Shown in pieces: positions 38,683 through 50,013 of a stretch of DNA of 64,000 nucleotides. The translations under genes and the position numbers were made by a program. Within the stretch, counting starts at the first letter, position 1. Each line of letters begins with the position of its first letter. Source of the DNA: Marsupella aquatica (taxonomy: Eukaryota > Plantae > Marchantiophyta); assembly GCA_973895155.1 (NCBI GenBank), contig OZ316897.1, positions 21,613,455-21,677,454 of the forward strand. The letters are read 5' to 3'. The notes under the pieces were generated by a model. The model did no database searches, was not told the origin of the DNA, and saw nothing but the letters and a program-made list of their open reading frames with translations.

Positions 38683-41600
38683 ATGCACAGACCTTTCAAA
38701 GCAACAAAAGGAGCGTCAAAGGAGGGTGACTAGCAGTACCACTGGACCTGTGCGTCGAAGTGAAAGGTTGAGCAACAAGGTAATACCTACAATGGCAGAA
38801 TGTGCAGATGAGATAGATCCTGCACAAGTGGGTGACCAGGGGAGACAAAACGATCCAGACAATGAGTATTTTCCAGAGGAAATGGATGAGGATGGTGGAT
38901 ATGAAGATGAATACATTGCGGAGCCACCAAAGAAGAAGCAAGTATGTAGTTTTCTAATGATGGTATTGGGTTCAAGTGCTGAGTACAACTTAGGTCTCAT
39001 GCGTTCACTAGCTATGACCATAATGTTTTCTCAAATTATATTTGGTGATGTATGTCATGCAGGGTCTCGTGAGTTCTGCTTTGCTTACTCAACCTATGCC
39101 TCCACGTTCGGTGCCTTCTACTTTGCCTACTCAACCTGTCCCTCCATGTCCCATGCCTTCTGTTTTGCCTACTCAACCTGTCCCTCCACGTCCCGTGCCT
39201 TCTGCTTTGCCTACTCAACTTGTGCATCCACCATACCAAGGTGGGATGAACCCTGGCCGTGGTTGGCAAGGTGGTAATAGAGGTAGATCCCAGATTGGTG
39301 CCCAATACTACGGGAGGGGACAAAGTTCAGGTTTTGGCCACAGCAGAGGTAGATCAGGTCAAAACTCACAGTCTCGTGGGTATGGCTGTCCACCTCAAGC
39401 ATGGGGATGTGAGTATTTCAATTAATTTATATGCCAATCCTTTGCTAATTAGTAGTGTGGAAAATTTGTGAAGGACTGTGAGGTCTAGCAATGAATGCAA
39501 TTTATGTTACGGTTGGATTGAGAGAAGATTACATTGTGTCCTCGCTTGAATTGCATGTAGATTCTGCTCAACCTGATTGGGCAAATGCTCCTAATGAGGA
39601 GTACCAATGTCCGCCAGGACAAACTTGGGTGGAACCAGGTTGGGAGGATGCTGATGGGACTTGGAATGAACAAGGCTGGGAAGGTGGTGCTGGTAATTGG
39701 CAGGGGTATCAAAATATGTCAGCCCCTATGAATGCAGGAAGAGGAACAGGTAAAGTCTCCACTTGTTTGCATTGGAGGGTAAGTCACTTTTTTATAGTCC
39801 ATTCAAATGGGCTTTTCAAGGTTCATGTTTAAGGAATGATGGCAAATGTGTGTGCAGGTTGGGCGGGTGAAGGATCAAAAGTATTCATTAACGCCCCTAC
39901 GCAGATGCAGCATGGAAGGGGGTCAGGTAAATTTGAAAGTGGATAGCAGGTTTACCAATTTACTAAGTCATGAAGAATGTTGATGTTGTCAATCCATGCT
40001 ATACAGTGGGTACATAATGACTAGAAAAGAAGCATGTACTGGGTTGGGCAGGTGGCGAACAGTCACAACAATATCAGAATTTTGTCCCTGCACAGATGCC
40101 TATAGGTGGAGGTGCAGGTATATGTATGTTTTATCTTTTGTGGTCCCCTGGAATTAAAGACTTGTTTGTGCAGATTGCATGTAACTATGTTTTGAGATGA
40201 ATGATTGCCACCTAGGTACAAGCTTGTAATTGCATCTGTTTGATACATGAATGTTTGGCAATGGGAATGGCTTTGTGAAGGTGACTTCAGAACTCCAAGT
40301 AGGGTGAATCGAGGGGTGCCCATTACACCCCCCAGTACTACAGAGAGCAGTGCACAGGGGGAAGTAACAAAGAAAGGGACAGTAAAATTGAATGACAGAC
40401 AATGGGTGGATGCTGAGTGTCCTCGCAAGAATCGATGGCATGCTGATTTGAAAGCTGAAGTTCTACGTTGGTTGGATGTGAGTATTATTAATTTTAAAAA
40501 ACAACATGCCCAAGATTGGAAGACGGTTTGTCAAATATTGCTGCTCGATGGAATTATGTGGGCAGTGATGATGGAGTGGAAATTGCATGCTTGGAAAGTA
40601 CAGCAAGCAAGATTATTAAACAGGAGAGATGGAGGATGCACAAGGCATGGAAAGAAGGTGGGAAGAAGCCAGATATGCCACCACTAGCAAGCTGTGATGA
40701 TAAAGTGTGGAAAAGATTGGTAGACTATTTTGTGACCGATGCTTCCAAAAAGAAGAGTGCACAGATGATTGATGCACGATTGAGTGTTCAGAACCCTAAC
40801 CTGACAGGAAGAACCGGCATAGCCCCCACAGCAAAATGCTTGGTAAGAACCGGGAATGATAGTATATTCATTTACTGATGATTATAAGTACTATTGAGTT
40901 TGTTGTTGAAGTAATTCTAAATTGCAAGGGATCTGATGTTAAGAGTTCTTGATGTGCAGAAAGCCCAGTTGGGGCAAAGCCCTTCAAAAGAAGAGTTGAG
41001 GGCTGAGATATTGAATAACAAGTGTGAGGCATCTGAGTCGTCAAAGGCTGTAAGTACATATTTTAGGGTTCCAAGTTGAATGACCTTCAAGGGAAGAGTA
41101 TAGGCCACACATACATGGAATTGTATCCTTACCCAACTGTGGATTGTGAGTGACTCATTGTTTTTCTGTTATTATGTAGGGAGGTGGATCTTCATTGACA
41201 CAGATCAATGAGCGTTTGAAGTTTGTGGAGACATGTCTGCCAGAGGTGAATGATTGATTGAGTCAGCTGACTGAGTTGTTCCATGGTAAGCTTGCATCAT
41301 TAATGGAAGCCATAGTGTCGGTGAGAAGTAAGATTGAAAGCAGCTTTGGAGGAGTTCCACCATCACCGCTTGAGGTGGCAAAGTCTATGCACTCTTCTGG
41401 CATTCCAGTGGTATCTGCAGTTCAAGGTAAGACTTTATATATATTTGTTGGATATGATGCTAGAAATCTAGGTTATGACTCATTAGAATGGTTATGATGA
41501 CTTGGTATTTGACATTGTTAATGTGACATATATTGTTGTGGTGTCCCATAGAGAGAGAAGCAGATGTTGAGCAAAGCAAATTTGCTCACTTGAAGAAGAG

Positions 41601-42369
41601 TCGATGCAACTTAGAGGCAACCAAGTTGTAGCCTATTGATAACCGGGATTTGGCAGAGGGCAATGATGAACCATCTTTGCTCAAGGTTGACATTGTTGAA
41701 GGTGATATGAATTCAAATGTTGGGGTAGAGGAACAATATACTTTCCCTGACAATGATAATGTTGAGCCAGATACATCCTATATGGAAGAATGTTTATGGA
41801 ATGTGGACCCTGATCTTGGTCCCATTCCAAAATTACCTGAATTGACAACAACAGGTGGGTTTGCTAGTGTGCCCATGCCAACAGAGATGTCTGCTCCTAT
41901 GGCCATCCCTAGGAAGGAGTCTACTTCTGTGGCCATCCCATGTGAAGTGCCCCTGGAGACAGACTTGACTATTGTGAATTCAAAGAAGGGGAGCATGCGC
42001 ACCAGAAGCAAGTCTACTGGAAGCAAAGTCACAACAAGGGCAACCTACAAACCTCCAAGGTCAGTGGTGAAGGAGAAATCTAAGGTGGAAACAGTGAAGG
42101 CACCAAATGCAGAGGGGCATTCTAAGTTGTTGGCTATTGATGATAGTGGGACATGTGTAGGATTTGGCAAGGTGCAAGCAGGTTCCACAACTTTCCATGG
42201 GAGAAAAGTTCCACCTGGTTATTCTGTAGTGTTAATAGACTTACTTGTGGTTCCAAAGGCTGCTCTCCCTTTTCCCAACACCAATGATGATCCTCCTCAA
42301 AGAGTTCTTCTTGATGCAATAGGTTCTACAATACTGTGGCCAATCAAGTTTATAGAGGATGAACAGTAA
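38683..42369 (+). CDS. CACTA TnpA-like multi-exon protein (Pro/Gly-rich N-terminus, Transposase_24-like middle, C-terminal FHG-containing domain); probably disrupted
   Basis: W..W..LVDYF....KKKSAQMIDAR..NPNLTGRTG; C-terminal TTFHGRKVPPGYSVV..LPFP..DAIGSTILWP; several GT-AG introns; frameshift near 40535. Confidence 0.7.
39075..39225 (+). repeat. 42-bp coding tandem repeat (PTQPVPPRPVPSAL) x~3.5
   Basis: Directly visible inside a TnpA-like exon. Confidence 0.8.
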
Positions 42370-43339
42370 AGTCATGCATACAGCCATGTGTTTGTAGTTT
42401 TAGTTTCATGCTTTCTGTATGTAGAAAGCATAAGAACCCTTACCTTTGACATGATATTAGTTAATATGAATATTTTGGTTTGAGTTCTCCCAAATGACTA
42501 GGTATGTAGGTTAGAAGCAGCTGTCTGTCTAGAGCTCTTGTCTGTCTAGAGCTCCTGTATTGGTGTATTGCAGATGCACAGACATTTTGCAAGATCATGA
42601 ATTGATCGCATTAGTCTTGTATCATTGTGAACTATAATTTGGATAAATTCTGTTGCAATGAATGCTTCATTTTGAAAATGTGTTCAACTCATTCCGTATC
42701 ATGCCTTTGAATGTGTTGAATGCACCTTATGTTTCATTATACTCGTGCAATTGTCATGAATGCACGATACTTTGAAAACTATGACTAGAATAAAATAGTC
42801 ATAGACAAGAGTGCATCTCACAATTAATACCACAAATACTAACACAAGACCCATAAGTCCTCAACAATCGCCTTATAAGTCATGTTCATTACTAGGCCAT
42901 GTAGTTTCCTTCAACGATCTTAGTTATAAACACTACTAACACCAGATCCAAAGGATGTGTTGACAACTTGGAGATGTTAAAACTGATACTTCTAAAATGA
43001 CTACACATAGTCACAACTTAGTCGCAAACACCAGTAATCTCAGTTCGTCGGAGGTCATGGTAGTAAGAGAGGCATGACTGATGGTAGTCACAGTGTAGTC
43101 ACATTAGATGTGTGGTTTTATGCTCTATTTTAGTCAGCACCTAGTCACAGTTTGGGTATCATCCATGTCACGATGTACAGTAGTATTAGTGACTTTCCAT
43201 ATTTTAGTCACATATGCATTTAGATAACTTGTGCGGTCTCAACCAGGGTCACGGTTGAGGAAGTCACATTGGTGTCACAAGGACTAAAAATAGTCACAAT
43301 TCCGGTCTCAACAAGGCTTGGTTTCTTCTAGTGATCCAT

Positions 43340-46300
43340 GATGTTTGTGACATTTGGGTTCTTGTCTTGGTCCTCATTTGATGGCTCCGAGCGTCATCTT
43401 CTGGCGTCGGAGCACTGGAGACATTGCTACTCTTTCATCTGTGAGAAAGATCATGTGACCGAGGCCTTTCTTTTGACAAGATTTGGGCTCAATAAGTGTG
43501 ATTTCATTTTGAGATTGTTCTTTCTTGTTTCACTTCATGGATCAAGGAAGGACGAATTAATTTCAGGAACTCTACTTGGTGAAAGAGTTTGGGAGGTTGC
43601 TTCCGGAGATGTGGTGGAGGTTATATCAGGCAAAGATGATTTTCCAGAGCCTTTCCAGAACCCTCAAGGAAAAGTGCTTGTAGACCTGGACTCTCCCCCG
43701 GGGAGAGAAACGAATGTCCAGGCCTCTAGTTTTGAGTTTACAACTCTTGAGGGTACTAATTCTGTTTTTGGAAGTTGTTCTACAAAATTGGAAGTAGATA
43801 CTACTCTTCCAAGTGCTCCGGGATGTCATCTTTTGCAGAAAGTCTACAAAATTGGTGCGCGTGAAGCGTTTTTGAGCATTACTGGGGCAAGTGAGCTAAC
43901 AAGATTTAGAAGAGATGTCTCGTGGGTTGATGTCCAAGTTGATCGTCTTCCAACAAGTTACAATGGAGTCAAGATTTGGTCGCGGTCAAGGGCTTCTTGA
44001 CATGGACCGCGACAATGATGGCTACCCTTGGACCCGCTTGGTCACTACTTTGGCTAACCTAAAGCCACGTAATCACTGGTCTGTTTTCAAGGTCCGTTGT
44101 AGTGGTGTTGTGCAATGCCAAAATTTGAACTGTTCAAGGTTCAAGGAGACAGGAATGAGGAATGAAGCGGCATTTTGTGGAAGATCACTAATGACCGATG
44201 TCTTCCAGCCGGGAAATCTGGTTCCGAAAGGAGGTTTGGTTTGTGGCTTTTGTGATGAGAGACCTTATTGTGTCAGGCCTTGTCCAACAATAATGTTTTA
44301 TGTTTATGAAAAGCCAACTTTGGACTCTCATGTCTCAAAACACATGTCTAGACTTGCAGTGCATATGGGAGTTCATGATCATCCGATTCGAACAGGGAAG
44401 TGTCGAGTTGCTAAAAAAAGGCGGAAGATGTTATTCAAGAAGTTCAGTCAGCTCATCCCTTGGCAACCCCTTCCCGTGTGAAGAATATTTCAATAGGTAC
44501 ATTGATATCTCTTCTCCACCCTGAGGCATGTCACGATCTTTCAAAAGAAGAGGAGGTGGAATTGTGGAACTCGATGAAAGTTGTGTCCTCACCGGAAAAA
44601 TTCCATGCAATTTTCCGGAGCATTAAAATTGGGAATCCCAAGAAAGGTGAGTTCGGATTCGCTTTGTGACATGCAAATGCGCGTGAGATTTCCATTTGTA
44701 CAGCATTTCTTGTTCCCTGGCCAGGCTAGCAAGTCCATTCAAGCGCATGTATTCAAGATGAGTACCAAAGGTCCCGGTTCTGGAGTTGACATTCTCAATC
44801 GGATGCAAAAAGGTGGAACTTTAGAGGGAGCTTGGGTGAGTTTTGACATGATGCACAGAATAACTACTGGTTGGCTAACTTTTAGTGCTCACGTATACGA
44901 TCACACTTATCGCGCTCTTTGTACTATCTTCACTTGTGAATTGAAAGCCGAGGATGTTGATTCACTGGAAACTGCATGGCGTTTAATGTTGGAAGTTGCT
45001 ATTGAGAATGGTATTTCCAATGTAAACATAGCTGGTTTTATGGCTGACAATGCTGAAGCTGGATGGATCGCTGTGAGAAATGTTTTCTTTGATGGTGTTT
45101 GTCTCCCTGAGAAAGAACATAGTGATGCATTCCATTTCTTGCAGTCACTAAGACGTCATACCGTGGAGGGAATTCATGAAGGGAAACACTCCGAACACTA
45201 CCAAATGTGGGAGAAATTTAGGAATGCACCCTCATATGTTCAAGCTTACAAGGTGGCTAACGATATTCAAGAGTGGTGGAAGTGTGGGAATTGTCACCCT
45301 GGGAAATTGAGATCTTTGCAAGGCTGGATTGCTTGGTGGGTTGTCCGATGGTGACAGCGGGGAAACTTCTTCAGACTGGTAAGTAAACTCGTTGTTTTTG
45401 GCTAGCAATGTTGCTAGCATTCCTTTGTGTATGAATGTTATCTTCAAATCAAGTATGTGCCTCCCAATGATTGTGTTTGTTTATGTCTGGACTTCAGACT
45501 CAAACAACCAAGGAGTCAGCGTTGATGCCAAATTGTACTAGAGCCGAATCTGTACATGGTTCAATGAGAGCTTGCCAAATGAAGAAGAAGATTGGACTGA
45601 TTGAAGCTTGTGAGCTTGATCAAAATCGTGATGGTGGGCAGATTGCTGCCTTTGCTGCGTACATTGAAGGATGCCACAGGGGACATGGCCGGACCTACCA
45701 TATTGAACTTGCATATAGGAATGCAAATACTCTAGGATCCCTTGATGCTTTTGAGAAAGCAACCAATCTTCTGCTTGAATCATCTCCAAAATATGAGTTC
45801 CATCGCACTCAACCACTTCATGGAGATCTTTGCACAAAGTCCAAAAAACAAAAAGGCCAAGCTTTGGCTAGAGTTGGTGCTGAAGACTCTCATCGACATG
45901 ATAAGGTGATGCGCACGGAGGCGGTGACAAGAGGCGTACATCCAAGAAATTTATATTCTGATTTCCGGAGTGTCAATGTCGTGGAAGAGAGCGACAAGTT
46001 GAAGGAGAGTTTGGGCATACTCCATCCTTCAACATTCTCTAGTTGTCCAGATCCATCCATCGTGATTCTTCTTTCCGATAATGAAGGGAATGACACTGAG
46101 AGCTCAGGACATGACACTTTTGAAATTCCTAAGCCATTGTCACAACAACATGTATCTCCTGTCCGTCCAGAGGAACCAGTTAATGTTTCACCAAGGAGAA
46201 TACCTGCGGTAAATGAAGTTGATGTCCCATTTGGTACTTGGCACTTAAGGCAGTGCGGGAAAGGAAATGGTCTGGAAGAGATGAGTGTCGAAACTTAATC

Positions 46301-47061
46301 AAGGAAGTAGGTTTCATACTCGTCTTGCGGTGTGGTTGGGGTTGCAATCCATGGTTTGAGGATGACTTCACCACATCCTCAACTCTTATACTTCTGCCCA
46401 AACAATGTCTGCCACAAGACCAGGGGGCGCAAGTCAATTGCCCAACTTCCCTTAGTACCCCCGTCTCTAAAAGTTCTTCGAGGCAACAGACTTAACTCCT
46501 CCTGAAATCAGCTTCTTGATTGGCTTGGGTTTTCAGATTGATGGTCTCTTTTACATGGATTGCGAACCAGATGGCAGTGTTGCTCCTCCAGGTCGCGTGG
46601 AACTTTGAATTGACGTGAACTCTTTTCCAGAAAAGGTTGATGTAAACTATTTGAATAGACGACTGAGGATGCGGAATGGGAAGGGTGCTCGTCAACGTTT
46701 CAACTTCACTGCAGAACTTGTTAAAAGGATTCAGTCTGCAAATGAAGAGCAAATGAGGATTGTGGCTTGTGAAAAGATCATCCAAGGTAACGGATGGGGA
46801 AGACAGTTTTTGATTGCGACGCATGAAAACAACCCTAGTAAATCTAGTAAATATTGGATTCAGTTGTGTGTCTTCCCATGTTGCTCCTGTGAGGATTTCT
46901 ATAAGCGGCATTCGCATGGAAAGCCTTACATGTCTTGCAAACATATCCTTTGGGTTTACAAGAATGTTTACCATTTGAACCTAGAGACCTCGGATGTAGT
47001 CAAGCAGCCTATTTTAACTGTTGCTGAAGTTTCCGATCTGATCCAAAGGGGCCGGAGTTGA
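43340..47061 (+). pseudogene. Mutator-like (MULE) transposase with GCM-like Zn DNA-binding domain, DDE core and C-terminal SWIM finger; frameshifted
   Basis: DGYPW..KVRCSGVVQC..C..CGFC..C..PC..GVHDHP (GCM/WRKY-like); VSFDMMH...FMADNAEAGW..FH...AESVH (D-D-E); CSCEDF..CKHILW (SWIM); frameshifts at ~44000, 44420, 44660, 46260; TGA at 45352; intron from 45379. Confidence 0.8.
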
Positions 47062-48826
47062 GGTTTGATGTTATCCACTTTAGAGTGAGGTTTGGTTTTA
47101 ATAAGGTTTTCATTGGTTTTTAATATATATGTAAGTACCGTTGGGAGTAGACTTTTTTGTGTGTTGGTAGGGAGAGATCATATTTACACTCCATATGAAG
47201 TTCCCTTTAATTTATTTATAAAACACCAGATATTGGTTCATCAGGTTTGCTAGCGAGGTCGCTAGCTATATTTTTGAAAAGTTTTGTAGGTTCATGATTT
47301 GGACCCTGGTTTGTTACTCATTGAGAAAACTATCAGTGACACAATCACATACCCTGATAAGGTCGGATATCATGTCTTTACAGACTTGGCTTTTTTTACA
47401 GTTGGCAACTCTCCCTGAAATCACTGCCAACCTTTTATGTTGGTTATGGTGCCAATTTTGTGTGTTTATCTGAGATACTGATGACTCCCAATCTCCAGGC
47501 CCATCATTTAAATTGCAAGTAAAACTCCTTGCCAAGTGCTTTGGTGATGATCTTTATATCTATTTTGGATTGTCCAATTTGTTAAAAAAATAAAATTACA
47601 TTGACATACTTCACTCGAAAGGTTTCTTAAACAAACATTAGTCATTCAAATATGAACAGACTGTTGGATGGGTTTATGCTAGTGAGGCTTGCTGTTACTA
47701 GCGGCCAACAAGTCCAAACTTTGGTTTGAGCAAAAAATCACCCATTTCAAGGAATTTTTTTACTCGTAACAGCAAAAAATTTACTGTTACGAGCAAATTT
47801 TTTCCTGTTTCCTCGCATGGTAGTCATACCCGTTAGTTTCATTTGGAACAAAGTCGTTGTGTTTGGAGTGTGCTGTGGAGCCATGAATTTTGGAAAGTAC
47901 TCTAATGGGGTCCGTAACCACCTCTTTCCACATTCTAATAGTCTAGCTTTTCTCCCCTATCCTTCCAGTTTCCTCCACAATTTCAGGAAAAAGCTACTTT
48001 TAAAGGGGCAGGTGAGATTTAAGACAAATTCAAATTTCATGGCAGTCAAGTTGAACTTTCTTTACCAAGAGACATAGAAAGCAAATATCAAAATGTACTT
48101 GCATTGCGTGTGATGGGCATTAGCTTGGACCATAAGTTCAGGAAAAGCAAAATAAGAGAAAAGTCTTTCAAGACTTTAAGTATAATTATAGTAAAGTCCT
48201 GTTGTTCATAGGCTGGGTGGGGGATTGTGCCAGAATGGCCCTCAATAGGTGTGAAGTAGTCGCCACGAGAAAAAAACGTATGAGGTAGTAACCAAGAGAG
48301 GCTTCAAACGAAAGTCGCAAGAAACCTGTGGCAGAGTGGCTTCAGACGATAGTCCTCAGAAAGTCGTGGCAGTGTGGTTTATTTTGTCAAAGTATGGTCT
48401 TCACGATTAATATGTATAGATTCCTTGCTACTTCCGTAGGTCCGGCCCTAGGTGCGTCCAGAGGTCTTCCATGCTGGACTAGTGGAGGTGCAACAGGGCT
48501 TTAATTCGCGTTCAGGCATGGCCCACTCTCTCCTGCATGGGTTTACACGGTAACAGGGCCGCGTCCACGCATGGCCCACTCTCACCTGCATGGGTTAGGT
48601 TATGTAGTAGTTAGCAAGAACTTCATCTGGAAATCGGGGATGGGGATGGGGATGAGGTCTGGACCCACATTTCTTTCAAATCTTTATCTGGAGTAACCTT
48701 CCGCTGACAACGAGCGATTCAAAGTCACGCGCTGCGTGGTCAAAGTATTTCTTCGCACTCAACTGATATATATAGTCGTGGGCATATTTTAGAGAATCTT
48801 CATCTTTAGCTCCTTCTAGTGGCTAC

Positions 48827-48833
48827 TATAAAT
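48827..48833 (+). promoter_or_regulatory. TATA box of the PR-1 gene
   Basis: TATAAAT ~260 bp upstream of the ATG; W-box-like GGTCAA at ~48738. Confidence 0.55.
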
Positions 48834-49085
48834 GCGAGGAGAAAGATCGAGAACAATTCACTCACCTGCAAACAGATGACAGCTAGCTTGGAAAAGCTCG
48901 AGACCTCGCAGTCTAGCACCAGGAGCGAACCAGTTCAGTACTTGGTGGCAATCTACGAATGTGACTTGCAGCAGAACTGAGCACCAGGAGCTAACCAGTT
49001 CAGTACTTGGTGGCAATTATCGAACGTGACTTGAAGCAGGGGCCAGGCCGAAGTTACTGCAGGTCCTGGAGGGCCAAACACAAGT

Positions 49086-50013
49086 ATGGTGTCTTGTCAA
49101 TTGACGAAGCGGTTTCTTCTTGCTGTAGTCGCAATGCTCTGGTTCATTGCCGCTGCAAGCGCGCAAACAGCCAGTGACTGGGTCGATCCACACAATCTGG
49201 CACGGCAGGGCGTGGGTGCTGGCATTCCAGATCTGACGTGGGACGCTACTCTCGCCACTTACGCCACCAACTGGGCTCAATCTCAAGCGACCAATCACAA
49301 TTGTGCCTTGCAACACTCCGGTGGACCTTATGGAGAAAACATTTACTGGGCGAGCTGGAGCAGTTTACCCAGCGATGCAGTTTCCGCATGGGTTAGTGAA
49401 AACCAATATTACGACTATGCAACCAACTCATGTGCATCCGGCCAACAGTGTGGACATTATACTCAGGTAAGTAACCTTCGTCCACTCTCTACGTCCGATT
49501 GGTTCAGTCTCTGTGTTGCAGTCTAACGTGTTTTCCGGGATGATCACTAACGCTGCTTCAATGCCGGTCCATTCAGCTTCAACAGTCTTAATACCGCATA
49601 TATGTGAACGGAACTCAATTTTCAACCTTTGACCAAAAATAGAGATTCACCATGGTCGAAGATTAGTTATGCAGATTTAATGACAGATTCATTTGCTTCC
49701 GAAGACTACTTAAGAGAGCTCAACGATGAAATATTTGCTATAAGAATTGTGCTCTGTTTCGTGTACTTCCTGCTTAAGTCCGTAACCGATCGAAATTGTT
49801 TACGCAGACGATCAAAGTTGAATAACTAGGGTAGACTTCGCATATAAGTAACTTAGCTAAGTACTTAAGCTTGTGTTGTTCATATTACTACAGGTCGTCT
49901 GGAGGAATACACTTCGTGTGGGTTGTGGCCAAGTCTCTTGTCCCCAAGGCGGAACTTTTGCGGTCTGCAGCTATGATCCTCCTGGCAACGTCGTGGGCGA
50001 GCTGCCTTATTAA
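49086..50013 (+). CDS. PR1: Pathogenesis-related protein 1 (CAP/SCP), secreted; exons 49086-49466 and 49894-50013, 166 aa
   Basis: Signal peptide; HNLAR, LTWD, HSGGPYGENI, CGHYTQ|VVWRNTLRVGCG..CSYDPPGN..PY*; GT-AG intron keeps the frame. Confidence 0.95.

Larger units (their letters stand above)
26536..43333 (+). mobile_element. CACTA/En-Spm transposon, 16.8 kb, with cargo genes
   Basis: TIRs CACTAGAAGAAACC.AGC...TGAGACC / GGTCTCA...GCT.GGTTTCTTCTAGTG; 3-bp TSD ATC (26533-26535, 43334-43336); subterminal gtgact/agtcac repeats. Confidence 0.95.
20620..47920. mobile_element. Putative outer Mutator-like element with two divergent genes, interrupted by a CACTA; termini uncertain
   Basis: MULE-type transposase at the right and a second gene at the left; shared 18-bp palindromes on both sides of the CACTA; short inverted match tgcgaggaaaca (20784-20795) / tgtttcctcgca (47806-47817); no TSD found. 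Confidence 0.55.

Noticed and set aside
21100-47061. Prokaryotic contamination or an integrated phage/plasmid, suggested by the ParB and MTase motifs
   Set aside because: The genes have GT-AG introns, lie beside a eukaryotic MULE transposase and are interrupted by a plant CACTA element.
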